Both the position numbers and the translations under genes were made by a program. DNA of 62,889 nt, the filler included, from Polymyxa betae A26-41 (taxonomy: Eukaryota; Protista; Endomyxa: Phytomyxea): NCBI GenBank assembly GCA_003693705.1. It is 7 parts of 7 records of this genome, joined end to end, with 100 filler letters (N's around TTAATTAATTAA, not from the genome) between each part and the next. Parts side by side here need not be neighbours in the genome. Positions count along the whole stretch, not along the records: positions 10,934 to 29,985 come from RBZT01000447.1; positions 30,086 to 42,859 come from RBZT01000092.1; 5 more parts are not named here. One strand, written 5' to 3'. How positions within the stretch are numbered: position 1 is the stretch's first letter; each line of letters starts with the position of its first letter. Positions 27,381 through 39,091 of the stretch are shown in pieces. The notes under the pieces are model-generated. The model was not told the origin of the DNA and did no database searches. It was given only the letters and a program-made list of their open reading frames with translations.

Positions 27381-28622
27381 ATGAACGCACCGGTTATCCA
27401 AGCTGCCGCTTCGCAGCCACGTGCTGTGGCTGCTAAAGCGCCTCGTAAAGTCGTTACGACCACCGAACCTGAAGATGGTAACGACAGACGTCGTCACACC
27501 AGTATGAAGGAATTTTTAGCAATGGTTACATTTATTGAGAAGCCCGAAAATTTCGCTCTATTAGAAGGTAAAGCGGCAAAGAATAAGTCAGTAGTTTCTG
27601 GTCAGAAATTGACCGAAGTGTCTGGATACAAGTTGCTGGCCGAGTTCGTTAATACCGTTATCGAAGAACAACATCGAAAATGGACGCCGCAACTTGCGAA
27701 AAGTCGTTATACTAGTTATAGGGACAAGAAGTACAAAGTTGCCAAGAAACTTTCGGCACCAGGTTCAACTGGATACGGTATTACTGAAGAAGATCGTCGT
27801 AAGAACATTACTACCATAGCTGAAAAGCTGGAGAGAATTTGTCCTTTTTACGAACGAATGGACGCTGTTTTAGGCAGCCGACAAAATGTCACACCTGCTT
27901 GTGTTGTGGAAGCCGGCGTTCCGCCAAACTTTTTCCCACAGCCTCCCTCTGTTATTAACAGTGATGACGACGACGAAAGTGACAAAGATGACGACAGTAG
28001 TGACGATGATAACGATGAAATTGGTGGACAAGAAGATGCATGTAACCGAGACGACAATGAAGTTGCTGATGATGAGATTGGTAAACCGAATGGTACTGTG
28101 GCCGAGGTCGAGATCAATAGCCAACCAACCAAAGAAAATGACGGTAATGATTTGGACTTGCTTGATGTCGCAATCAATGACGAATCAGTGTCGTTCTGGA
28201 ATCGATATGCGGTTTCCGAGGAAGATCGTTTTTTAACTGACGGGTGGCCTGATGACCAAATTCAGACGGACGGAGCTCCCTGCGCTTCACAGGCTGCCAA
28301 GGATAAGCCTTCATCGAAACGATCACAAACAAAAAATAAGCGCAAGAGCGCTGCGAAGACAGAGATGAATGCCACACGGCTGAGTTTCCCCTCGGAGCCG
28401 ACCCCGCAGATTAAGAAGGGTAAAACCGACTTCACAACGGCATGGATCGAGATGCAGAGTCAACATCTTGCTTTGGAACAGGAAAGATCTCTGCGAGATC
28501 TGGAGTTTCAGCAACGACAGGCAGAGCTCAATGCTGTGAAACTGAAAGAGGATCACCGGTTGGCCACTCAGATAGCCAAAGGCAACTTTATTGCTGATCT
28601 CATGAAAGCGGTCGTAGTGTGA
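27381..28622 (+). CDS. Harbinger accessory (Myb/SANT-like) protein
   Basis: Open ~413-aa frame with KLERICPFYERMDAVLG, acidic tract and C-terminal coiled coil; convergent with a Harbinger transposase. Confidence 0.7.
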   Translation: MNAPVIQAAASQPRAVAAKAPRKVVTTTEPEDGNDRRRHTSMKEFLAMVTFIEKPENFALLEGKAAKNKSVVSGQKLTEVSGYKLLAEFVNTVIEEQHRKWTPQLAKSRYTSYRDKKYKVAKKLSAPGSTGYGITEEDRRKNITTIAEKLERICPFYERMDAVLGSRQNVTPACVVEAGVPPNFFPQPPSVINSDDDDESDKDDDSSDDDNDEIGGQEDACNRDDNEVADDEIGKPNGTVAEVEINSQPTKENDGNDLDLLDVAINDESVSFWNRYAVSEEDRFLTDGWPDDQIQTDGAPCASQAAKDKPSSKRSQTKNKRKSAAKTEMNATRLSFPSEPTPQIKKGKTDFTTAWIEMQSQHLALEQERSLRDLEFQQRQAELNAVKLKEDHRLATQIAKGNFIADLMKAVVV

Positions 28623-28839
28623 CAGAAATCAAGGAAATGGTGAGCATGGTTTTTCCTGACAATTAACCACGACAGTGGCGTATATAAACATCATCACTGA
28701 TCAGTGCAGAATTTCTCAAAGGTCTCAGGTATTTCGGTTTTTGTGATTCTTTCCAGAAGTTATCGCAAAAACCGTCAAACCGAAATACCTGATACCTTTG
28801 AATCATCTGTCTCTTATGCCCATATCTATATTGGATAAA

Positions 28840-29613
28840 TTAAACAAAATCCCAGTACTGCAGTACTTTCTGTTGAATAGATCGTCTCCAATCCGAGATT
28901 GTTCCATTGTTGTGCGTTCCGTAATCTTCGTTGTCACATGATTCTTCTGAAATTATTCCCTGTACCTCTCGGTTGTCCATGTCATCGGCAGGAATTTGAA
29001 GAGCTGTAACCATATTATGCAATACACAACAGGCCAGAATCCAGTCACACGCCTTGTTGACATGAATGGGCTTGTTGATCGAAACTGGAAGCCCTCGAAG
29101 GGACTGCCAGCTGTCATGATTCATTACTTCCGTTCACCTTCCGAGCTACCTCATGAGTCATCNNNNNNNNNNNNNNNNNNNNNNNNNNNNNNNNNNNNNN
29201 NNNNNNNNNNNNAATCATTCTCGAATCTATTCGATTCTTAAAACTTTTGTTCGCCTGCTTCTTCGTAGCCTTCACTTATTCTTCCTCGCCCTGTCCCAGT
29301 CCTCACACCAGCGAGCTTTTAAGATGCCGTTACCGTGTTCTGAGACAACACGCCCGCTAGACAAGCGTCTATTAAACTCCTCATGCGAAAGCCGGAATCT
29401 CCAAACTGATACTGACCTGGTGATAAAAACCGTTCCGGGTTCTTATGAACGTTTGTCGATTCCCAGATGGTTGGATCATGCACTGATCCAGGCCAACCAG
29501 CTATCGCATACCGGATACGACATTATGATCGAACGTCAACAGTACGTTCATTGAATAGCGGCATTTGCGGTTGTAATACACTTCGCCATCTAAGCCAGGT
29601 TTTTGGTGGAGAA
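28840..29613 (-). pseudogene. Harbinger transposase, C-terminal half
   Basis: Manual translation gives YYNRKCRYSMN, GWPGSVHD, FGDSG, FNRRLSSGRVVSEHGNGILKARW, (insertion), QSLRGL, ACCVLHN. Confidence 0.88.
29112..29307. mobile_element. solo LTR or collapsed LTR element inside the transposase gene
   Basis: TGT...ACA termini, exact 5-bp TSD CCAGC (29107-29111, 29308-29312), 50-N gap inside. Confidence 0.85.
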
Positions 29614-29985
29614 TGTTAGGATCGAGTAAAAAGTCCCCTTTTATTGGTTAGATAAGCGGTGCGATGACTCGGGAGCAGAGGGTGGGACGCGGGGGACCGG
29701 TGTCCTGCAACGGAGCGACGTCAGGGAATCCTCGGAGGCGGGGCGGCGGGGCACGGAGTGGAGCGGAGAGAGGGTCGGAGTGGAGCGGTGAGGGGATCGT
29801 AGTGGAGCGTAGGAAGGACGTACGGAGCGGTGCCGGTGAGACGGAGGCGGAGCGGAGACGAAGGTCGGAGGGGAGTCGGAGGTGAGGCGAGGCGAGAGAA
29901 CGAAGCAATAGAGAGTCGGAGACGAGATGAGAAACGTATGAATTTTGGAGTTGATCGGAATGGTTGCGTGGAGGCCGCTCCTCGC
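29614..29985. repeat. probable LTR (GA-rich) truncating the transposase and running to the contig end
   Basis: Starts TGTTAG exactly where transposase similarity ends; abrupt change in composition. Confidence 0.5.
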
Positions 29986-30943
29986 NNNNNNNNNNNNNNN
30001 NNNNNNNNNNNNNNNNNNNNNNNNNNNNNTTAATTAATTAANNNNNNNNNNNNNNNNNNNNNNNNNNNNNNNNNNNNNNNNNNNNGCGGATTTCGACAGG
30101 GGCTCAAGACAAAAGAGAAGAAATCCCTCGGACAGACCTAAACGCAATGGTGATTTGAGAAAATTTTGCCAAAAATTGATTTGGGTGAAACATCAAAATA
30201 GAGACGCATATGCAGATACGAATAGACAGTTCACATTCATTACTAAATCAAGTACGAACAGGTCATACTCGAGTCCGAGTCCATCTTATGAACACTGGAA
30301 GGTCGTCATTGTATTCGATATACTGAAACTCATAAAATGCAAAAAAAGGAAAAAAAGAACTTCGAAAAGCATTTTGAGACGAATCAACCCAGATAGGCAG
30401 TACGGACTGTATTACAGCACTTTAAATACACGAAAAAATCCTGGAAACTTTCTCACATCAGCGTATGCAGACGGATGTTCTTTATAAAGAAATAAACCAT
30501 AATCTGGGTCATCAATAGGAGAGCTTCGAACGAATAGGATACGGTGTTGGAAGGTGTCGGGGGCCGGTATCACCCCACGTAGTGGAGTCTCCGATCTACA
30601 GTTGCGAGCGGGCGTCTTCGTGGCACTCTTCGCCATCTCTATCTTGGACGAACAAATAGATTCTGTCTGGAAGCCTCGTGCTTTTCGCCGATGTGGAAAT
30701 CGAGTGCAGAATATTCACCAAACTGAGTCAGCGGTGTTTCGTTCATACCATTGTAACATCGCCAGATGAAAGAAAGAAAACCTAACAGACAGAATCTATT
30801 CGTAGAGGAGAGAGAGAGAATAGAGAAGGAATAGAGAATTTAGTGACTGAAAGGAGGTTGCGCCTCCGTCGAAGCGCAGCCTGTTTTCCGTCCTCTAAAA
30901 AAGTTTAACGCATAAAGTTTTAACGCATAAACTTTATTTGTTA

Positions 30944-31438
30944 GACCCTGGTTCAAGTAAATAGACGCCTCGGACAATTTCAGAAATTGCGGTCAAAGTA
31001 AATCGCCCATCAATATATCAAGAAATAGATGAACAGTTTTTGCGTGAGTGCCGCAACAAATTCTGCGTCTGTACTGAAAGGGCGCAGTTTGTTGCAATAA
31101 CTCTTTACGTATAAGATTCACGTTCCCTGTTCTTCGTTCGTAATAGTTACCTTGCTTCCAGTGTAGCTTCGTTGTAGTTTTCCAATTGTAATTGCCGAAA
31201 TCTAGCCTGTGCAAACGAACTCCGAGCTGATATCAACGTGTGCCCAGCCAATGATCCCCTCCTGTCACTGAAACCGACACCTGAACCAGGGTTCATGCTG
31301 CAATCATTCCAGCCGCTAGGGTCGTTAATGAAACCACCAGACCCCCTGTAACAGCTTCAGCAACCATCGGATCCATGAAAAAAATGCAATTTTATTGCGT
31401 ATTCTTGACCTGAAATAGACTTCTATTTCAGAAAAGGA
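30944..31438. mobile_element. non-autonomous internal-deletion relative of the Harbinger at 57051-59142
   Basis: Left ~115 bp resembles 57051-57170 and right ~130 bp resembles 59011-59142; both left ends follow TTA. Confidence 0.8.
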
Positions 31439-31709
31439 CCCCACGGAGATAAGAGCTTTGCGCTTGTTGCTGCCACTGTAAGGGCGAGCGATGCGTCAAA
31501 TCTGCAACGACTTTTCTCAGGCAATCGGTATCCATATCTGATGAGAATGTACCTTACATTAGTATGTTCAAAAAATCTGCTTTATCATTATCTGTTGCAA
31601 TGGGAGTGAGAAATAGTTTATAAATCATCCCTTTCAGAGCACAGGAGGAGAAACATCAGAGAAGCCCTCAACTATATGACCTTCAACCATCAAATTGATA
31701 CTTGAGACA

Positions 31710-31728
31710 TGTTAGACGGGAGAGGGTT
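31710..31728 (-). repeat. LTR terminus beside an assembly gap
   Basis: TGTTAGACGGGAGAGGGTT is identical to 51280-51298. Confidence 0.65.
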
Positions 31729-32183
31729 NNNNNNNNNNNNNNNNNNNNNNNNNNNNNNNNNNNNNNNNNNNNNNNNNNNNNNNNNNNNNNNNNNNNNNNN
31801 NNNNNNNNNNNNNNNNNNNNNNNNNNNNNNNNNNNNNNNNNNNNNNNNNNNNNNNCTGTAATCTGGATCGCCATCTTCGGCAATTCCAGGGCGCATCTTT
31901 TCGTGCGTCGTTTAGCCGGGCAGCCTTCTCGGTCGCCATCTCTGTGGTCGCCGGTTCCATTCATGGTCGTCATCCTTGTGATCGCCATTATAACGGTCGT
32001 CGTTTCTCGATCGCCGCTTTGGCCCGTCTAGGCTCTATGTCGGAAATAAACTTGGCTTGTCCTTCGGCTCTTGTGTTCTCTGAATCGGAACTTGACAACT
32101 TCTTCAATCAACTGCTAATAGCGACATCTCCAACTCGTAGCACTGCAGCCTTACCATCGGTCATCATCTGATAAGACAGAGAT

Positions 32184-32256
32184 GCTCTGCTAGCTCAGTT
32201 GGTAGAGCATTGGTCTAATAAGCCAAAGGTCGTCGGTTCGAGCCCGGCGCGGAGCA
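32184..32256 (+). tRNA. tRNA-Ile (AAT)
   Basis: Cloverleaf: GCTCTGC/GCGGAGC acceptor stem, TTGGT-CTAATAA-GCCAA anticodon arm, GGTTCGA T-loop, downstream oligo-T. Confidence 0.96.
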
Positions 32257-32301
32257 TTTATTTTTTCAGTCCGTTCTTCCTTTTGCGGAAATCAGAATTA
32301 G

Positions 32302-32340
32302 GTCCCATAACTGGTGCATGCGTAATCCTTAATACATAAC
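32302..32340 (+). promoter_or_regulatory. putative snRNA-type promoter (USE-like GTCCCA plus AT-rich box) for U3
   Basis: GTCCCATAAC 64 nt upstream of the U3 start resembles the plant USE RTCCCACATCG. Confidence 0.5.
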
Positions 32341-32365
32341 ATGATCCATGTGCCTGATTATTTTC

Positions 32366-32580
32366 AAGATCATACTTGTACAGGATCACTTCTATAGTGA
32401 TTTCTCCTGTCTAGTCATACCCAAATATGACAGATCTACCAACCTGGACGATGACCGTAAAGGTACGATCACTTAGCGTGAGGCTGGAACTCATTGTATG
32501 AACACAATGGGCTTCCACGATGACCGTATCACTTGCTATCATTCCAGCTTGTGATTGTGATCGTATCAGTCTGACAGGTT
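32366..32580 (+). ncRNA. U3: U3 snoRNA
   Basis: AAGATCATACTT (box A'), GGATCACTTCTATAG (box A), GGACGATGA (C'), AGCGTGAGG (B), CGATGA (C), TCTGA (D), terminal stem AACCTG/CAGGTT; 215 nt. Confidence 0.9.
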
Positions 32581-34549
32581 CATTTAAAAAACTAAATCGA
32601 ATCAGCACTCTTTAGACACACGATTTGGCATTTGGCCTCAAATTGGGAGAATTTTTTCGCGTGTTACAGGAATTATTTCCTTGGCGATTCGTCAGTAGAA
32701 CAACGGATGCTATGCCTCAGGCTTGATGGGCCTGCACTAGGGTGTGCCTCCCGAAACAAGACCAAACATCATCTCGCAACTGGACCGGCAGGCGACTGTA
32801 AGGCGACGATCGCGGAGTCACCTCCAAGGCTCTTCTTCCATCTATTAGTGGGGCAACGGGGTGGGCAGAACTACCGCGAGCGGCCTGGCAAGGGCCGGCC
32901 TGTCTCCGACGGCCCTAAATATTCAGTAAATACGCCCCCTGAGTTCCTGCTAGGAATTTGCTCTCGATTTGGTTTACAACAGTACAATAACGAGAATGGA
33001 TCGTACTAGCTGATCTTTAATGGAGATGCGGTGTCCCGATATGTCAAGAATATGGTCGGGATTGGGATCGGATTCGTGATCATCTCTATACAACTTCCAT
33101 ACATATATGGGATCTGCCATAATACTGATTGTCACAGCTCCATATTATCCCTGGTTTAGAGATGTGAAGGAGAAGTCAAAGCGTGATCGATGTTGGTCAC
33201 AGCAGATGATATTCGCCACATCCAAGATCGAGCTCGAGCAGAGTGATTGATAGGCGACAGGAGGTGATCCGATCCTTTGTCAAAATGGGAAATTGGGCTC
33301 AGATCACGACGACGTTCTTCAACCTGGTGATGTTCAATATGTCCAGGTCTTGGACCGAGCAATCTTGTGCGATTCTGCCGATCTGAATGGCATTGTGGCA
33401 TCGCGATTCAGCTCCCCTAAGATAGGTGTCATAACGTCACCAGACCTCCTGCTGGATTGAAGCAAACCGCCCTCATCATCGATCTCCATGTTGATTTCGA
33501 TACAAGATTGTGTTATCATGACGATGGGAAAGGGCAATCTGCTATATAGAGACCTGCCACATTGTGCTCTATCGCCTATCATCATCTGGCCTCAATCTAT
33601 AGCAGGATTCATATCTCCCATCATATCCTGCCCTGCATTACAATTAATACTTTTATAGTCAGTGAACTGTATTCTCTCATTCGTCATTATCAAGGGCGTC
33701 AAAGTTCATGGTTGGCGACTTCACCCATTGAATCATTGGTCAGATGTCAACAGAAAGCTTCCTGCAGAGTTCATTGAGACCCACAACTTGTTCATGCAAT
33801 GAATACACCCATCATTGGTTATCATTTGAACAGCGACATTATTCGGCGTCTTTTGATAGCGTTCGACCATGGCAATGATATACAGCTGTCTTTTTAATTC
33901 GATTCAAGGCATTGAACTCGTCTGTTCAGACCAACTGTATTGATCATCATTGAGCAAGAAAATATGAAAGATCAGGAAATGGATTTCGCAATCAACGATC
34001 TCCTGAAACCCCGTATGAATGCGATAGAAACCATTCCGTTATGATCGAGAGATCATCGAGACGACGCCATCAAACACGCCTCTACATAGATCTAAGAAGA
34101 ACAGGGACAAAATCCACTCTCAACAGACCATCTCATACGATCCATCCAGGGTACAGCAAACCGGAGGTCCAGTACGACTACCCGCCCGGTGCTCGGTTTC
34201 GGCGACACCGAACGCACGGGCCGCTATGGACCGGGAGGGCCAGCACCACCAACCGACCGCCACGGGGCCCCATTGGGCTTCACCGGCGCCGGGGCTCGCT
34301 CGACCGCGCGCCGACACCCACCCCACCCAAACCGGATCGTGCTGGCCCCCGCGATCGATCGACTCTTGCCCTAACTAATCCTAGTCGAATGGTAACAAGT
34401 GCCGGTCGAACCATTCTCATGAGATCGATTCGAGCATTGAGTCATGCATCTGCCTATACAGAATCCGTCATCTTCCGATCCGATGTCTTTCATTCTCCAA
34501 ATCCATTCTTTATCTCTAAATCCCCCCCTGCTGGTCCGATCTCTAAATC

Positions 34550-35496
34550 ATGTTATCGCGTCTCGACGAACTACGTCGCCAGGATGCCGGCCCGGCCCAC
34601 ATCAAGATCGCGGTCCAGGACGACCCGCTGGCGCCCTTCGACGACATTCGCATCGGGATCGATACGATCAACGCCAACTCTGATAAGATCGACCTGCTGC
34701 GCGGCAAGCTGGCCCATGCCGTACGGGACGAAGATCAACGGGCGATCATGACCGATCTGGACGCGATCATGTTACATGTGAAACGTGACGCCCGTGGCAT
34801 CAAGAAATCGCTGGATCGATTGGCCAGTGAGAACGAGCAGCTGTTGGCGTCGCAGCCCGGGTCGACGTCGGGACAGATGCGCTCGAATCTGGTCAGCACG
34901 CAGGCGCAGGCGTTCCAGCGCTGCATGCAACGATATCAGGATGAGACGCAGCGATTCAATGACGACCTGAAAGGGAAGATCGCACGCCAGGCTCGAATCG
35001 TTAATCCCAATGTCACCGATGCCGACATCGACGAGGTCCTACAAGGCGGCGATCCATCAACTCTATTGCAAGATCAAACGGTACAAAATTTCAGAGTTTT
35101 TACAAATTTTTGAAAAAAAATTTGTTGTTAACGGAAATTCTCTTCGAGTTTGTTCTTATGCTGATTTCGCTTTAGATGATGTCGGATTCATCAATCCGCG
35201 CGTTGGAAGAGATCGAAGAACGGCATCGTGGTATGAAGCAGATCGAGCAAGGCGTTCGCGATATTCAGGAGCTGTTCAACGATATGGCGCTGCTGGTTGA
35301 GACGCAGGGCGAGACGTTGAACGTCATCGAGAGGAACGTGGCCGAGACCAAACAGTTCGCCGTCGATGGAGAGGGAAAACTGGCCCAGGCCGAGATCTAC
35401 CAACTTCGAGCGAGGCGGCAACAGATGCTGATCGCCTTGATCCTTATCGTCGTCATCACCGTCATTATCCTGGTCTTCTTCAATCCGTGGTCGTGA
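34550..35496 (+). CDS. syntaxin (Qa-SNARE, plasma-membrane type); exons 34550-35080 and 35176-35496, 283 aa
   Basis: Habc region, SNARE motif ALEEIEERH..IQELFNDMALLVETQGETLNVIERNV, C-terminal TM; phase-0 GT-AG intron. Confidence 0.95.
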
Positions 35497-35871
35497 GACG
35501 ACCCCAAGTACGACGATCTGCGATTTAGGCGGCGTCGTCCAACATAGCCCAATAAAAGCGCCAAGTTTTCGTGTTAATTTTCTGTGGAGAATGTCCGGAC
35601 CAGCTGAGGTCGGGCTGGAATTGGCACTCATCGTGCTGAAAGTATCGCCTTTTGTAGGGTTAGGGTTTCATAAACCTTTTAAAAAAAGTATAATTCTTTG
35701 TGGAAAATGCGGAATTTCTTATGAAAACAGTGGATTTTTGTGAAAAAAGTGGAATTTTTTATGAAAATTGCGACTGCGTGACGCAGATCATCTTGCTCTG
35801 ATTTCGTGGTTGTCTCTTCTGGGTGCTGAACGACCTAGGCCGATCATCGGTTTGGCAGCTGCTTGGCCGAG

Positions 35872-38095
35872 ATGGCGTCCAAAAATGCATTGGGCAGGAT
35901 CCAGGAGATCGAGGCCGAGATGGCCCGAAGTATGTTCGGACCGGTGCCGTTCTGTGTCGCTCGATTTCTCATCGTCTTTGTCTCAGCTCAGAAGAACAAG
36001 GCCACCAATCAGCATCTGGGTCTTTTAAAAGCGAAATTGGCGAAATTGAGGCGTGAGGTCCTGGATTCTGGAGGCGGTGGAGGTGGTAAGACCGGTGAAG
36101 GATTCGACGTCACAAAGTACGTCTAATAGTCGCCGAATCTTTCAAAAAACATCCATTGCTGGATTATTTGTCTTCGTTTCTGCCAGTTCAATTTTCATCT
36201 CATTTTCAACGATTTCTGCACTACTTTTTGCCGATTTTTTTCTATCCCATTCTTTGATTTGTTTCGCTTCTATCATTGGGCTTTTTTCGGTGTTTCCCTG
36301 TTTACAAGCAGGTTCTGATCATATCATTTTCAGATCAGGTGATGCTCGAGTTGGTCTGGTCGGTTTCCCATCGGTCGGGAAATCGACGCTGCTGACCAAA
36401 CTAACGGGGACGCATTCGGAGGCGGCTTCGTACGAGTTCACGACATTAACATGTGTCCCTGGTACATTCCATTATAAAGGATGTCGTGTACAGCTTCTGG
36501 ATCTTCCAGGGATCATTGAGGGGGCTAAAGACGGCAAAGGCCGTGGTCGACAAGGTTCGTCATTCTGCTGCCCATCACCATCGCTTCATCTTCGTTGAAA
36601 CGATTTTATTCCTTTTTCTTCGTAAATTCATCTTCTATTCACTGCGTTTATTCTTCTGCTGTTTCGCTTTCCTCAGTTAGAAGTGGTTTTACCTTTCTAC
36701 TTTCTGAAGAGCATCTTTGTTCTGAACGGGATCTCTGTTTCGAATTCGAGTTTCTTATCGTCTCACAGTTATTGGTGTCGCACGAACCTGTAACCTGATT
36801 CTGATCGTCTTGGATGCATCGCAGCCCATGACTCATAAGCGCATTATCGAGCGAGAATTAGAAGGTGATCATCTGTATCTATTAACTCGAATTCATCCTC
36901 ACATCTCGTTAACAGGCTTCGGAATCCGTCTGAATCAGAAACCACCCAATATCAAGGTCGACTTTCTGCAGTTTATTTTTGTGTTAATTGGAAGCTGTAC
37001 TTGTCTATGTTATTTTCCCTTTTGTGACTTTTCTCAGTTTATTCGTTTTTGATTTTCGCTTCTCTTTCAATGATCGTTATCTGACCATCCTGGAATCAGT
37101 TCGTGAAAAAGGATGCTGGCGGTATCAATATCACGAAGGCCTTGCCATTGACGAAGCTGGACGATTCCACTATTATTGCGATCTGCAAGGAATATCGTAT
37201 TCTGAGCTGTGATGTGACGCTGCGTGAGGATGCATCAGCTGATCAACTTATTGACGTCATTGAAGGTTTTGTATCGTACTCTTCCAACCATTCTCTTCAT
37301 GCTTATCACCTTCGTGCTTGTTCACCTCGCTCCCGTTATTTTATGGGCGTCGTTCTTCTGATTCCAGCCTCTTGGTTATTCGCGGCTGCTTTTTTGTTTT
37401 TACTGATTGTTCTCAGTTACTTTGTGTTTTTTTTGTCGTTCTGCACATTCTCTGACAGCTGTGATGGTCGCAGGCAACCGTCAATATATCCCAGCTCTAT
37501 ACGTTCTGAACAAGATCGATTCGATATCCATCGAGGAGTTGGATCTGCTGAGTCGGGTCCCTCACTACGTTCCCATCTCGGCCAAAGACGAATGGAATTT
37601 TGATGATCTTCTCGTACGCTTTGAATTGCTTTCACTTTTCCTGTCTTTTTTGTATGATCTCTATATCAATTGATATTCTTCTTACGTTTTACGATCTGCT
37701 GCTTTCGACGTCTGTTTATTATAAACAGGTTCTTACCGTTCGTTACAGGAAAACGTCTGGAAATACTTGAATCTATTAAGGATCTACACGAAGCCCAGAG
37801 GACAGATTCCCGACTATACCGCTCCGGTGGTTATGCCCGCCCACAGAAACACTGTGCGACATTTCTGTGGTCGCATTCACAAGGCTCTTTTGGATCAGTT
37901 CAAACAGTACGTTGTCTCGTTTCTTTTCGTTTGACCTTGTTACTTTTTGTATCGCTTCATATAACACGTATCAATGATTGGTTAAACAGCGCATGGATCT
38001 GGGGATCGTCCGTCAAGCACAATCCGCAAAAGGTCGGGTTTGAACACGAGCTACACGATGAAGATGTTGTTCAGATTGTCAAGAAGGTCCAATAA
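35872..38095 (+). CDS. DRG1: developmentally regulated GTP-binding protein 1, multi-exon
   Basis: [61 protein letters not shown] end [14 protein letters not shown]; multiple GT-AG introns. Confidence 0.95.
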
Positions 38096-38197
38096 AAGCT
38101 TCGTTGGTTTATCGATTCCACCATTCCATCCACAACAGAGGTCGCCATCATTGCAAATGTCATATCGACATCGTAATAGGAAGAACGATGGAGGCCA

Positions 38198-39091
38198 TCA
38201 ATAATCAATCGGTCCATTGAGGTATCGATGGAGAGTTCTGGCCAGATCGAATAACCCATAAGCGGTGCCAACGAGAACGAACAGATCGCCAGCTGGGTGT
38301 CGAGCGCAAACGAATGCCATGATATGCAACAGACCCCTGATTGGCAAGGCGCGTTCGTAATCGAACAACCAGCGCACAACGAACAACAGATTCATCACCA
38401 TGAGAACGTTCTTAACCGACGCTACAATGAGATCCGGTGCTGCTGATCTCCGCCCTAATAACAACATGATCAGGATCGCAGAGATCATCGCCATCACCGC
38501 CAGCTGCCCGCTGCTCCCATCCGCAGCGGGTTCCCGTCCTGATCCGTCGTGCAGCGGTCGTGCTGGTCCTTGGTCGTGGAACTGCGCCGGCGGACGAATC
38601 GGTCTCGGGACGTCGTCGTCGTCGTTCGGGCCGCGATAGATGAGATGACAGGCGCCGGTGAAGACGGCCAATACAACCAAACCCGTCATGAACTCCGAGA
38701 GCTTCCCATTACCGAACCAGGGCTCCAACACCCATGACGAGATCCATTGCACGCCCGAGATCAGCGGCAGCGAGGGCAGCGTCGGCATACGATTCGGATC
38801 GATCAACGACCCGAACACGACGGCCAGTACGAAGGTCCCGATCAGCATCAGACCATAGGGCAGGTCAGCCGGCGCCTGCGGCAGACCACGATGGGCAGGG
38901 ACCGGCTGGTCGTTCCACGGCGCCTGCTGATGAGGGTGGTGACGAGGATCGCGTGGTGCTGGCCCTTGTCCGTACGGATTCTGGCGGCTGTTGTAGTATT
39001 GCCGATAATGTTGGTCGTCGCTGATGGAAGAGACGGGATGGAGGGCGATAATGACCATGATGATGGAGAGAAGATGGTCGGGTCGTACCAT
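38198..39091 (-). CDS. hypothetical multi-pass membrane protein with signal peptide
   Basis: 297-aa GC-rich ORF, hydrophobic N-terminus, Q/P-rich segment, several hydrophobic helices; tail-to-tail with DRG1. Confidence 0.7.
   Translation of the reverse strand: MVRPDHLLSIIMVIIALHPVSSISDDQHYRQYYNSRQNPYGQGPAPRDPRHHPHQQAPWNDQPVPAHRGLPQAPADLPYGLMLIGTFVLAVVFGSLIDPNRMPTLPSLPLISGVQWISSWVLEPWFGNGKLSEFMTGLVVLAVFTGACHLIYRGPNDDDDVPRPIRPPAQFHDQGPARPLHDGSGREPAADGSSGQLAVMAMISAILIMLLLGRRSAAPDLIVASVKNVLMVMNLLFVVRWLFDYERALPIRGLLHIMAFVCARHPAGDLFVLVGTAYGLFDLARTLHRYLNGPIDY

Larger units (their letters stand above)
27147..29613. mobile_element. second PIF/Harbinger element, partial and interrupted by LTR insertions
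   Basis: Subterminal GGAGAATCGATTCTCC palindromes at 27200-27290, plus-strand accessory ORF and convergent transposase. Left end approximate. Confidence 0.75.

Noticed and set aside
31454-31505. U4 snRNA-like start AGCTTTGCGCTTG
   Set aside because: Similarity breaks down after about 13 nt and the following U4 stems are not recognisable.
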